From assembly GCA_951406725.2 (NCBI GenBank), contig OX597817.1, forward strand, positions 161,510,001 to 161,574,000: a DNA stretch of 64,000 nucleotides, written 5' to 3'. The translations under genes and the position numbers were made by a program. The notes beneath the pieces are model-generated. The model searched no databases. It was given only the letters and a program-made list of their open reading frames with translations, and was not told where the DNA came from. Positions 37,701-47,656 of this stretch are shown in pieces (the first letter of the stretch is position 1; the number at the start of each line of letters is the position of its first letter). The DNA is from Octopus vulgaris. Lineage: Eukaryota.

Positions 37701-40700
37701 GCATATGCATTACATTTGATGCATTTTTATTATTTGTTGCAAACAAAAATCATTCCAATTCAGGGTTGTTATTACTAAATCTGAAGTTTATATAACTTCA
37801 TGTAAGTTTTTAAAAAGATACAATTTAATAGAACTAACGAACAAATCATCATCATCATCGTCGTTTAACGTCCGTTCTCCATGCTAGCATGGGTTGGACG
37901 GTTCGACCGGGGATCTGGGAAGCCAGAAGGCTGCACCAGGCTCCAGTCTTATCTGGCAGTGTTTCTACAGCTGGATGCCCTACCTAACGCCAACCACTCC
38001 GTGAGTGTAGTGGGTGCTTTTTACGTGCCACCTGCACAGGTGCCAGGCGAGGCTGGCAACGGCCACGGTTGGATTGGTGTATTTTATGTGCCACCGGCAC
38101 GGAAGCCAGACGAGGCGGTGCTGGCATCGGCCACGAGTCGGATGGTGCTTTTTACGTACCACCAGACCAGGGATCCTGGCTGGTTCAATTCGATTTCGAT
38201 TTCGCTTGCCCCAACATGTCTTCGCAAGCAAGGGGGTTGGCAGAGAAAATAAAATTCTGACAATACCTAATTCATGTTATGAAAATGGCAGGCAAACTTG
38301 GATAGTCTCAAGCATTAATGAATGATATCTTACATATGTATGCACTATGAACCCACCCCCTATCTTTGTCTACATGCCCCATATTATGACCTTACAAGCA
38401 ACATAAGAATCTCTCCAGTCTAACTTTATTCCTTCCTTACAAATCTAAAATAATAAATTTTCAGCTTTTTTTTATAAGTAAAAAAGGAAAAAAAGAAAGC
38501 TAAAGCTTTTAAAATAAAATTATTTTGAAGTTTCAAAATGTCATGTAAAAGTCCCTATTTTCTGAAACCAATTCAGAAAACAATACTTTTAATGTTTCCA
38601 TATGTAATCACCACAGCCAGCTCCTGGAGTTAATACCCAATCCACAACTAGTTTCTCCAATCACGTCAGAGACAGAAATCTGTGAGATATTTGTTATCCA
38701 TGCTAGCCTTACTGAATGGGCTTTCAATAAGCTCTTTATCTAGTGCTGCTTTGATTTTCTGGATTCTTTTTAAAGTTTCCACCGTATTTCTCTATCAATT
38801 ATTAAGTTTTCATTCTCAAATGAAATATAATTTCCTTTTTCACACCATATATATTCAGCCACTCCCTGACTTAATATCCTATCCAGAGGCTAGCTTCTCC
38901 TTTACAATATCTTCTGCATGCAAATGCCGAAGATGTCATAGATGTATGTACATACAGAGCCTACTGAAAAGCTAAATTGATGAAAGTATTACTCTTGGCA
39001 CATGCACATGTGTGTGTGTATATATAAAGGTTAGTTTGAAACCAGACTGGTGTTAAGTACATATTCAGGAATAAGATACATGAGAATTGGGAATCAAATT
39101 AATTCAAAAATAGACACAAATATTAAAATATTTTTCATCTCTTAGAGTTAATAGTCAACAACAATAATAACCCTTTGTACTATAAATACAAGGCTTGAAA
39201 TTTTGGGAGAACAGGGTACTTAATTAGCTCCACCCCAATGCTTGACTAGTACTTATTTTATCAATTCTGAAAGCATGAAATGCAAAGTTGACCTTGGTGG
39301 AATATGAACTCAGAAACCAACTAAGCATTTTGTCCAGTATGCTAACAATTCTGCCAGCTTGTTGTCCAAATAAGAACAACCATAACAACAACTGTACTAT
39401 GTACAGTTTTCAGCCACACATCAGGACAACTTTTCAGAATATTTACAGGAAGAAAACCTTTAGATTTATTTAACAATTAAGATTTTGATTCCTTATTACT
39501 TATGAGCTTATATTTTATACTGCTTGTTTTCTTATTTCACAATTTTTGGCTTGCATGACATTTTTGCTATAATTTCCAACTATATTAAACAAGCAAAATT
39601 ATTTTCATAGCTTCTTAACCTGCATTTAACTGTGTTTATTGCTGCAATTATACAGTAACTGATAAAACTAGGAAGTGTTTACCCATAACATGTTTTAGAT
39701 ATTTCTAATTTAACTATCATTGGTCATTTAGTGTAGGGACAATAAATAAAGCAAACACAAAACACTGAATGTAGATAAGTACACAAATTACTTGTACAAT
39801 ATTCTTAGTTTTGAAAAAAAAAATTAAAGATATTTTGTAAATGCAAATTTATCCTAATACTCAGCTGAAAGACTGAATTAATACCACATTATTATATAGT
39901 GTTGAGAATAGACTCCATTTTATTTTGTCATATTATTAAAGACCGCAAGTTTGCTTATGTGTATGAAATTTCAGAAGTGATTTAGAAGCTACTACACAAG
40001 ATAATATCTATTGATGAAACTACAAGGACCATCAAAAATTGATAAAATCAATTCTGTTAAAGCTTACATTTGTAGCAGCCCTAAACAACCATTCTATGTC
40101 CGTACAGATTTGTGTCACAGGTGACAACAAGTCTATAAAAACATAAAATGTTTGTTATGGACAAAATTGCTGGAACCACTATTTTGGGGAGGATATCTCC
40201 AAACATTCCTAAAACTATGCAATGGATGGGACCATAAAAGAATGAGGAGTTGAACCAACTGAGCCAAAGAGAAACCTATGTTAATCAGGGCTAACTTAAA
40301 ATTAAAGAACAGTGTCAACATATAATCTCTCAATCTGTTAGGAATAGTAGCAAAGGCACCCTTAAATTACACCCAACTGTATCAAGAAAAGGAGATATGC
40401 TAAGAAAAAAAAAAAAAAACATAGTTGTCTAGAACTAATGTTTATAGACCTGCACAATCAGAGCTGACCAGGAGCATAAACACCACCGACATGGAGTTAG
40501 AATTTCGAGCCATACCAAAGTACTAACTTTTTTTTAGATAACTAAACTACATTTATTTGTATCAATTCTAACCAAACCAAATTTGCTTAATATTCATTAA
40601 GTCTTCATTTTGTCTAAAATTCCAATAACCATATTCCTGTAGAGGAGATGCATGGCCACTCCAGTGAGCAAAAAGGAAAATGGTGAGAGAAAAAGAGATG

Positions 40701-43700
40701 GTAGGACAAAGTTCACTCAAACATTGTAGATGTAATGTCTCCCTACAAGAACTGTAGAATTTTTGTTTAGAAGAAAGGAACATACCTCTTTGTTCAAATA
40801 TGATAATAATGATTCTGTTTCATTTAAAAGTGTGACAACACATTTTCCTCGAATATGTGTTGCTGGTAAAGTCTCGACTTGTCTTGACAAGAAGAGTTCT
40901 CTGTGCTTCAATTGATGGCGTTGTTTCTCTGTGATGTCATCATTGATCTCTTCGGAATCTTCTTCCAGAGAAGGAACTGCAATATACAAAATTAAACACT
41001 CAGATTAGTCTGAGATAATACATAAAAACATCAACTCTAGATAGATATTTTCAGTAATTACCATGAAAACTTGAAATCATACCAGCAAAAGTGGGGAAGC
41101 AATTTAATACAAATAGATGTAGAATAAATTAACATGAACATAAAGGCAATACAATTGTTCAACAAATGTTGTTGAACATCCAGTGATAAATCTAGTGATG
41201 CCCTGAAAATCAAACACACCACATGTAGTTTACCTTTCAGTTTCTACACTTATTTTATTGACTATGAAGGAATAACAAAGCCAACCACTTAGCTCTAATT
41301 ACATCGTTTTACAGTTTATAAAACCTAATTTTATGGGTTAATTTATTGTAATGAACAATAGATTAACTATTACTGACCAGATTCATCCAGAATTGTTATT
41401 GACAATATCTTTAGTGCATATTTTTAGCACATAAGTACAAACATAAAGGACAATTTTGATGATATAGATAGTCAGTTACAATTGAGGACAATCCTAATGA
41501 ATATTGATTAGCTCAAATATTAATTGAACCAATATTTATTGCGAAGTTTAAATTTTGTGATATTCAATTTTGAAATCCTATTTTGAATTAGCAAATCTGG
41601 AATGGATGAGCAAAAAAAAAATATTAGTGAAGTACTGTTGGCTTTTTTTCTTCATGGCTGAGTCTGTCTCAAGCTACAACCATAATAAAAAATGAGCAGA
41701 ACATAAAACATCAATTTTACAATGCTCTTGTTACAACACAACCCATTGGCAGTTTAAGTGGGGTGTGAGTTATCAAGGAGAAAATACTAAATCAGAGTAT
41801 AAAATATTTGTTTAGTCCAATCAACTAGGATTCAAGTATTTAAAGGAGACAATAACAAAACCAAATTAGATATAAACAGAACAGGATGAGTGACTCAGCC
41901 AGTCATTTTATATAGAAACTTTATATGACTTCTTCCACTGAATATCTATTATCTAATGATTAAAGATATGTTATATAAATGCCCCTCCAATATAATTCAA
42001 ACAGATGGTCATTATCAATAAAAGATTAAGAAAATGGTAATAGGAGTAAATCTGGTGGTTAGCACTTGACTGTATTCTGTACTAAAGATACTATAATAAA
42101 AATTAAGACATTTGAGCCTTTGAAGGTTTATATTTACTGAGGTATCTGTGAATTCCTTTATGAGCATTCGCATATTTTTGTTCAGACATTATTTCATAAT
42201 ATAGTTGATATCTTAAAACATTACAATATAATCATAAAACTACAATCAATCAATTTATGATCAGTTTTGAGGCACAATAAAATGAGTAAACTCTTTGGCA
42301 CAAGTATCTCCTTACTGTTCAAGATGACACTTTTTCCTAATATTAATGCTCCAGTTGCAAGGGTGGGGATGATTCTATTTTGCATTTTAAATTAATTTAA
42401 AGTTTTGGGGCTATTTTCTACCTATGTCTAAATCTGAAAATTTTCTAAACAAAAGAGTGTTATTACCCAAAGTTATTGCTGGAAATATAATTTCCATAGC
42501 TGATCTGTTTTCTTTATTTACAATATACTCGAAATAAATTAAAACTTGCAATTAAAAGATAAAGGTGACAAAATGTTAAGTCATCTAATCTGACAAATTG
42601 AATTGAAGACTAAATCTCTAAGTCATTGCTAATACAATTGTTTTTCACATTACTAGACTTCATCTTCAGGGATAGAATCTTTTCTTTTCTTAATATTTAC
42701 ATTTTTACTATGTTTTGATCAATTTAATTTCTCATCAGCAGATGTTTTATTCTTACATACATACATAGCTCTAAGTGACAAACTGAGTGTATATCCAGGA
42801 AAGGAAGACAGTGATGATCAGAGATCAATTTAAAACATAGTATGCATGTAAATATATCCAAGACATTATATAAGTATTCATTTGAAACAAAACACTGGGT
42901 TTATTGATCACCTCATTGTAGCTAGTCTTTCCAAGAGGTAAATACTAAATTTATTTTCAAACTACCCTATATGGAAAACAGAAAATAATTCATTAACCAT
43001 GTAAAGAGTTATATAGGGAAGCAAACACTTCCAATTCCTAGCAGAACCAAATACAAAATTTATACTACAAATAAAAAAAAAAAAAGTTAGGGTTGAAATT
43101 AAAAATAGGCTACCACAGCATAAACTAAAATAGCATGAAATCTAATATGAAACAAATTGTGAAACAAACTATCTCAAATCAAACTGGTAAAAATCAATCA
43201 CTGTATTTTTTTTTTGTTTTTTCATCTGATGAAATACATGATCTTAAAAAAAAAAAAAAGGAGTGCTTCATAGGATATGTAATATGTAGACATGTAAGAT
43301 AATTGTGGCTTACACACGAATATGGATATGTAATACTGATAGGTGAGGTATTGATTAATTATATAATTAGGTGATTAAGAGCAATATTAAATGACTTGGG
43401 ACTGCACAAAGAAATGACAATCTGTGAGTGGAATGAAACAAGTCTGCAGACCAATTCATTGAAGCGTAAATGGAAAAATACAATTCATCAAGAGATCAAA
43501 ATAGAAATCTAAAATCTGGAAAAAATTAACTAGTCCCAAAAACATAATTTGCAATGGCCAAGACTAAAAAGCATTGAAATATGTCCATAAATACTGCCAA
43601 CTGCCTCATGTTTAGAAGTTTCAATGTAAAGCTTACATGGTCCTGCTGCTGCTGCAGCAGTAGTTAGTGGTGGCACTGCTAAGGGTTCATGACCAGAATC

Positions 43701-43726
43701 TTCTGAGGTTTCTGAGAATGGGAATT
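417..43726 (-). CDS. MTA1: MTA-family (MTA1-like) NuRD subunit gene, partial; 13 coding exons in window
   Basis: Exons joined at GT-AG sites give one open frame with MTA hallmarks: [26 protein letters not shown] (BAH), [13 protein letters not shown]...[13 protein letters not shown]...[17 protein letters not shown] (ELM2), [22 protein letters not shown]...YYYMWK (SANT), [29 protein letters not shown] (GATA finger), KTRAAFCL (R1). No start exon or clear terminal exon in window. Confidence 0.97.
1863..2075 (-). CDS. MTA1: MTA exon (213 nt, phase 1-1): (C)[19 protein letters not shown]...[15 protein letters not shown]
   Basis: Acceptor tttgtttatag, donor CCAG|gtgaga. Joins T|GT to give IKQECQLRL, which ends the R1 region. 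Open frame within ORF 1768..2097. Confidence 0.88.
6195..6550 (+). mobile_element. Degenerate mariner transposase fragment (DDD catalytic region)
   Basis: Broken frames read [25 protein letters not shown] (HDNARPH motif), a PHPxYS-like segment and [11 protein letters not shown], collinear with mariner/SETMAR-type transposases. Confidence 0.75.
7900..8460 (+). mobile_element. Possible highly degenerate Penelope-like element fragments
   Basis: [10 protein letters not shown] resembles the PLE RT FYPSI motif, and a later CIVLSE segment resembles the PLE C-terminal CxLCLSE. Weak; boundaries approximate. Confidence 0.3.
10686..10822 (-). ncRNA. Candidate H/ACA snoRNA (137 nt), intronic
   Basis: Hand-folded hairpin 1 (TTCAAT...GTTGAA, upper TTGCTAT/ATGGCAG), ANANNA box AAATCA, hairpin 2 (GACTG...CAGTC, upper GGGAGA/TCTCTC), ACA plus 3 nt. 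No target identified. Confidence 0.3.
10924..11149 (-). CDS. MTA1: MTA exon (226 nt): [37 protein letters not shown]...[13 protein letters not shown]; second half of C2H2 finger plus R1 motif
   Basis: Acceptor cttctctacaaag, donor T|gtgagt. KTRAAFCL...[17 protein letters not shown] matches the MTA R1 motif. Confidence 0.95.
11276..11337 (-). CDS. MTA1: MTA exon (62 nt): (E)[20 protein letters not shown]; first half of C2H2 finger
   Basis: Acceptor tctttttcag, donor AAG|gtaagt. Needed to bridge phase 1 (after 14180) to phase 0 (11149). Confidence 0.92.
13455..13708 (+). mobile_element. Degenerate tRNA-derived SINE with LINE-shared 3' end
   Basis: B-box-like GGTTCAGTTCC, central GATAGAATAAGTA motif, 3' GGTGCCCCAGCATGGC...TGAAA. 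Same family as 47240-47587 and the 3' part at 23690-23893. Confidence 0.7.
14180..14382 (-). CDS. MTA1: MTA exon (203 nt): [10 protein letters not shown]...[47 protein letters not shown]; GATA-type zinc finger
   Basis: Acceptor ttattacag, donor G|gtaggt. C-x2-C...C-x2-C GATA-like finger typical of MTA proteins. Confidence 0.97.
15234..15292 (-). CDS. MTA1: MTA exon (59 nt): [19 protein letters not shown](Y)
   Basis: Acceptor ttttacag, donor TA|gtaagt. Near-invariant MTA peptide. Confidence 0.97.
15599..15673 (-). CDS. MTA1: MTA exon (75 nt): [25 protein letters not shown] (SANT C-terminal half)
   Basis: Acceptor (t)n-caag, donor CAA|gtaagt. Conserved SANT sequence. Confidence 0.97.
16928..17250. 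repeat. About 320-bp local duplication, copy 1 (copy 2 at 19814-20137)
   Basis: Direct alignment by eye over the whole length, with few substitutions and small indels. The first 100 bp or so are SINE-derived; the rest appears unique. Confidence 0.93.
17602..17790 (-). CDS. MTA1: MTA exon (189 nt): [63 protein letters not shown]
   Basis: Acceptor ctttttcag, donor TTT|gtaagt. ELM2 end and SANT start. Confidence 0.98.
19814..20137. repeat. About 320-bp local duplication, copy 2
   Basis: Direct repeat of 16928-17250, on the other side of exon 17602-17790. Confidence 0.93.
21335..21560 (-). mobile_element. RTE-LINE 3'-end/SINE-like repeat with (GAT)n tail
   Basis: Shares CATGGGTTGGACG...CTACAGCTGGATGCCCTTC..AACCACTCCG.GAGTGTAGTGGGTGC with copies at 24996, 37846, 56660, 57747 and the inverted copy ending at 59862. 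Confidence 0.8.
21830..21995 (-). mobile_element. Penelope-like RT fragment
   Basis: [21 protein letters not shown]...IATNL...YL matches the PLE RT motif FTxE...LPFLDxLV...TxVYRK...YL. Confidence 0.7.
22312..22396 (-). ncRNA. SNORD56: Box C/D snoRNA, SNORD56-like copy A (shifted D' box)
   Basis: Minus strand: C box ATGATGG, guide TTATTTTTCGTC (antisense to 18S GACGAAAAAUAA), D' CTGA, internal GTAC stem, C' TTGATAA, D CTGA. Terminal stem is weaker than in copies C-F. Confidence 0.75.
24996..25276 (-). mobile_element. RTE 3'-end/SINE-like repeat copy
   Basis: Aligns to the 21335 and 37846 copies. Confidence 0.78.
28052..28137 (-). ncRNA. SNORD56: Box C/D snoRNA, SNORD56-like copy B (degenerate D box CAGA; possibly a pseudogene)
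   Basis: ATGATGG / TATTTTTCGTC / D' CCGA / GTACCA..TGGTAC stem / TTGATAA / CAGA. Paralogous to copy A, including flanks. Confidence 0.6.
29429..29765 (+). mobile_element. Full-length, apparently young tRNA-derived SINE with 9-bp TSD
   Basis: A box TGGCTCAGTGG, B box GCTCGAATCC, CORE-like GTGTTCTTGAGCAAGGCACTT, CpGs retained. Perfect direct repeats TTACAGTAA at 29420-29428 and 29766-29774. Confidence 0.9.
30437..30536 (-). CDS. MTA1: MTA exon (100 nt): (R)[33 protein letters not shown] (ELM2)
   Basis: Acceptor ttgtttaccag, donor TTG|gtaagt. Highly conserved ELM2 segment. Confidence 0.98.
31791..31885 (-). ncRNA. SNORD56: Box C/D snoRNA, SNORD56-like copy C
   Basis: Terminal stem GGTAAATGC/GCATTTTACC, C box GTGATGT, guide TTATTTTTCGTCA, D' CAGC, stem ATGCCA/TGGTAT, C' TTGACAA, D CTGA. 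Confidence 0.8.
32480..32588 (-). CDS. MTA1: MTA exon (109 nt): [36 protein letters not shown](R) (ELM2)
   Basis: Acceptor tgtgtttatag, donor AG|gttggt. Phases 1 and 2 fit both neighbours. IDQFL motif. Confidence 0.96.
33016..33107 (-). ncRNA. SNORD56: Box C/D snoRNA, SNORD56-like copy D
   Basis: Same architecture as copy C, with a 3-nt deletion between C box and guide. Confidence 0.78.
34020..34137 (-). CDS. MTA1: MTA exon (118 nt): [39 protein letters not shown] (BAH end/ELM2 start)
   Basis: Acceptor ttttctcttttcag, donor G|gtaata. Near-identical to the MTA consensus as recalled. Confidence 0.98.
35057..35151 (-). ncRNA. SNORD56: Box C/D snoRNA, SNORD56-like copy E
   Basis: Near-identical to copies C and D; boxes, guide and terminal stem intact. 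Confidence 0.8.
36795..36880 (-). ncRNA. SNORD56: Box C/D snoRNA, SNORD56-like copy F
   Basis: AGGTAAATGCT-ATGATGG-TGTATTTTTCGTCAT-CAGC-...GTACttttGTAC..TTGATAA..CTGA-GCATTTTACCT. Closely resembles the human U56 5' half (ATGATGGCAATATTTTTCGTCAACAGC) as recalled. Confidence 0.88.
37846..38208 (-). mobile_element. RTE 3'-end/SINE-like repeat, young copy
   Basis: (CAT)n on plus strand, internal GGTGC/TTTTACGTGCCACC subrepeats. First 170 bp or so are nearly identical to 57747-57917. Confidence 0.85.
39170..39362 (-). mobile_element. Degenerate SINE (Nin-domain-like core)
   Basis: AGTACTTATTTTATC...GAAAGCATGAAATGCAAAGTTGAC...ATGAACTC is the reverse complement of the SINE head/core seen at 19780-19918. 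Confidence 0.55.
40786..40976 (-). CDS. MTA1: MTA exon (191 nt): [63 protein letters not shown] (BAH)
   Basis: Acceptor tgtatattgcag, donor GAG|gtatgt. BAH-domain motif. Confidence 0.97.
43637..43726 (-). CDS. MTA1: Putative symmetric cassette exon (90 nt, phase 1-1): [29 protein letters not shown], in the BAH loop
   Basis: Strong polypyrimidine acceptor (ttttcttttttcag), donor CCAT|gtaagc, stop-free, multiple of 3, phase matches the 40976 acceptor, GC-richer than flanks. No homology support. Confidence 0.75.
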
Positions 43727-44599
43727 CTGAAAAAAGAAAAAGAAAAGAGAAATATAAATAAGCAATAAAAACAATAGGTCTTATTTGTAAATAAGTATTA
43801 CACCAAATCCGAAGTACTATTCCTAGTTAATATTTCAAATATTAATTAACTAACAATAAATCTCTATGTTCAGCATATGAAAAAAATGATTTTATTTCAG
43901 GCAATGTGGCATTAAAGACTAAAGAGACAAGAGTTAGCCTCTTCAATTCAAAATTAATCCAACATATAGTTCAATCTCCACAACCATTTGGTTTAATAGA
44001 AAAATTTCACATCACAGATATAATGATGGAACTCTTCAAATACACTAAAATAAATTTTAAAGAATAAAAATATTTGAACAGACACTCATTAGTGAAGAAT
44101 TATTTCAATGATAACTATTAAAAAAAAAAGAATTTAAAAAAAGCTGCCATTTTAGTTATAACTTCAATTCATCAACAGAATCTATCACACAACAGTGAGA
44201 CAACATCCAAATAGAGGTTTCTCTGCATATAACAATTTTTTTTTTTTCATCTTCTATAATTCAATCATGCTTATTTACCCAGCATATTTATATCATTTGC
44301 AATCCGAAATTACATCACCAAATATTTTCTCACTGAACACACATTAACATTGTTATTTCAACATCTATTTTTCCATGCATGCATGGATGGATGGATGGAT
44401 GGATCAGACAAAATCTGCTGGGGCAAATTTTCTATGGCCAGACGTCAATCCTCATTGGTAATAGGGTAATATTCCACCAAGTCCAGGTACGTTTTCACAT
44501 AAGACTGGAAATTATGAGGACAGCTTGAATGAAAGCGATACAATTCTTACAACTATCACATGATGTTAAGACACACTGTGTGTGTGTTGTTTATTTTCA

Positions 44600-45410
44600 G
44601 GAACAGCTTGATGTTACTGGTGAACAGCCAACAACACTGGAGAGCATAAAGATTAAATTTGTGAGTGAGAATAACGTTAGCTGACATGGGTGAATGGAAG
44701 CCATCTGAATATTGGAAAAGAGTTATTTGTATCATGAGGATTCGTACCAGGTATCAAAATGCAGACATCGTGACTGCTGCTCAATGCTCTCTGAACACTG
44801 TACAGGCTGTAAGACAGGACATGGAGAGCTGCAACACAGACTATGAAGCCATGGCCAGCAGGAAGTGACACAGCAAGCATTCTGTGTATGCACACTGGAA
44901 TTCATCTCTACTCCTTTGAATAGGGCCGTAGCTATGTGAAGCTGCTGGAGCATCAATCCCTAGTTGGAGAGGATTGTTGCTGGAAGGCCACATGTGATAG
45001 CTTAAGCTCCTAGCAATACCACCAGAAAGAGTCAGAAGTGGTTGTCAGAGAATTTCTATGACTTCACCAGAACCAACTTCTTGCCTTGCCTCCTAATCCC
45101 ACCAATTGTAATCCCATGGATTACTATATGTGGGACACTTTTGAGAAACTCACCAACCACTCTGCCTACAATACCAATGCAGTGAAGAACGCATGCGCCA
45201 GGTTCCAGAGGTCATGGCAGAAACTGAGGGCAGCTACTTTGAGTAAACTTATCCATTGCTTAAGCACATTTTCTAGGCTATAATTGATATTCTGCCTGGT
45301 TTATTTAGCTTCTTTGTTTTGGGATTTTTTTTTTTAATACTTTCATTTTTGGATGGAATAGTGTTTTGTTTTTCTTTTATGCAAACTGTCAAATTTACCT
45401 CAAACACCTG
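44600..45410 (+). mobile_element. Internally deleted Tc1/mariner-superfamily (maT/DD37D-like) transposon remnant
   Basis: N-terminal HTH-like ORF 44665-44868, then RKSQKWLSENFYDFT and PPNPTNCNPMDYYMW (WPPxSPDLNPLDYxxW motif), AVKNACARF. Boundaries approximate. Confidence 0.75.
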
Positions 45411-47085
45411 AACACACGAGCTACTTTAGTTTACTATATCCACTCGCAAAGATTTGGTTGGCCAAGGACCATAGTAGAAGACACTTGCCCGAGGTGCTAT
45501 GCACACATTAAATTATACACACATATAAATTTATGCAGCTGATAGGAAAAATCCAAACAAATGGTCTAATGAGGTTTCATGCCAAACTTTCTGAACACTA
45601 TATATGGGTTTATGGTACTGCTGGAGCAACTGAAACAGCATTCATACCAGAAATAATTCCTGACATATAACATATATGTTTTGCAGCATTAAATTGTGGG
45701 CATGTCATGCTAATTCCAAATTAAACCCAGATAACTTCTTAAAAACTATTATAATGAAGAAGGGAAAAAACCCAGATAAAAACTTAAAAGTTAATTTTAT
45801 TTAATCAAACTAATATGGAAAACAGTTTCAGAAACACTAAAAGTGAAATTTTTATTGGTTTTAACTTGATGTTAAATAATATAGTATTTCGATATCAGTC
45901 AATATTTACTATCAATTCAATTTGGGAATCTAAAAATAATTTAAATCATTTATTTCTATCAATTAATTTTATAATTTACAACAAATTTTTCATATAAAAT
46001 GTCAAACAAATAACTTTAATGTCTCCCTCTCAACAAAATTAGCTCAACTGTTTTTCAATACATTTTCCTTTATCGGCTCTAGTTTTCTTGAATGTCACTG
46101 TAACCAAAAAGGATCAATCTCAAGGAACCAGGAGTGAGAGTGTGCAATAGGCTACAAATTTCGGAAGGATTAGGTCAGAAAAGGTTGAGACAACTGACAA
46201 TAGCCACCACCAATTTTTCAATAAACTATAAATAAATTAGAGCAAAGAAGCTAAATAAACCAGGCAGAATATCAATTATAGCCTAGAGAATGTGTTTAAA
46301 CAATCTGGACAAGGTAGGTAAAGGTGTCACCTCTATAAGTGTAACATGAGCCTTCTTTGGAGTTGATATTTCATGCAAATCAATGTCTGATTATCAGAAT
46401 GGGATGTCAAGTTAAATGACAACTAAACCAGAGAAAAAAATTACCAAAACAGATATAAGCATAAAATAATAACTGATTTCACAGAAATTATGAAGAAATA
46501 TGTTGCACTCAAGACCTTTCAAAATATTTTTCAGAAAATAGGATGTAGAACAAGATTCTAAAATATTAAAAAAGTACTTATGCATTTTATGGAATAAAAA
46601 AATTTTGTTTATGTTAAAAAGATATGATGCACTTAGCTTGGTGCAAGAAGTTTAATAGGGTCACAATTAAAAAAAAAAAATTTCTAACATAAGAGCTACA
46701 ATAAAATGTTTTTTTTTTAAATTATGCACATGAACAACTTTTGTAGATGAGAAATATATTTAATTGTATATCAGTATATTATTGATAATTAATTCAAAAG
46801 GACTGAAAAGACTTCTCTACAATAAAATACCACACCAACAAATGGTTTCAAACATTGTGAGGTGCAATGGACAGTGGGTACATTATCAGGTACCTCTGAA
46901 TAAGGTACAAGACACTGGTGACCTCTAGTTTGCTTCACTAAACAAAGGTCCACTAACTATGTCACAGCTAAACAGCTAGCAGTAGGAAGGCTAACTGTAA
47001 AAAAATAACTGCTCTAACAAATAAACCTTCCTGTCCATGCAAGTATGAAAAGAAGTGTAAAATTTGTGGTCTTAGGCTATGTTAA

Positions 47086-47656
47086 CCCTTTGTCTGTCCA
47101 AAGCATTTTTGTAAGTTTGTCCAAAATGTCCATGCTTGTTTTCAGACTTAATTAGCCCTTGTTTCATATGTTTCAGTAATATAAAACTTTCCAGTGATAT
47201 GTCTCAAGTTACTATGGTGGGTAAAAAAATTGGGAATAGGTGCAGCGTGGCTGTGTGGTAAAAAAACTTGCTTCCCAACCACATGGTTCCATGCTCAGTC
47301 CCACTGCATGGGTGTCTTCTACTATAGCCTCGAACTTACCAGCCTTGTGAGTGGATTTGGGAGATGGAAACTGAAAGAAGCCCATCATGTGTGTGTGTCC
47401 ACCCACCATCGTTTGACAGCCGATGTTGGTGTGCTTATGTCCCTATAACCTAGCGGTTCAGCAAAAGAGACCAATAGAATAAGTACTAGGCTAACAAAGA
47501 ATAAGCCCTGCAGTCAATTTGTTCAACTAAAGGCGATGCTTCAGCATAGCTGCAGTCCAATGATTGAAACAAATAAGAGTAAAAGAGTACATCAAATATG
47601 ATGTATGGATGCCAGGGAAATATGTCCTGTGTATCCCATGATATACAGGAACAGGG
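47086..47656. mobile_element. Possible piggyBac-type MITE (TTAA|CCCT...AGGG|TTAA) carrying a nested SINE at about 47240-47587
   Basis: TTAA at 47082-47085 and 47657-47660, short CCCT/AGGG termini. The nested SINE is homologous to 13455-13708. Confidence 0.45.

Noticed and set aside
37881-38325. Cluster of overlapping ORFs (likewise 21381-21827 and 25124-25339)
   Set aside because: They fall in GC-richer retroposon 3' UTR copies, where stop codons are rare.
42666-42740. CTGATGA...CTGA pair on the minus strand
   Set aside because: No terminal stem and no recognisable guide; expected by chance in AT-rich DNA.
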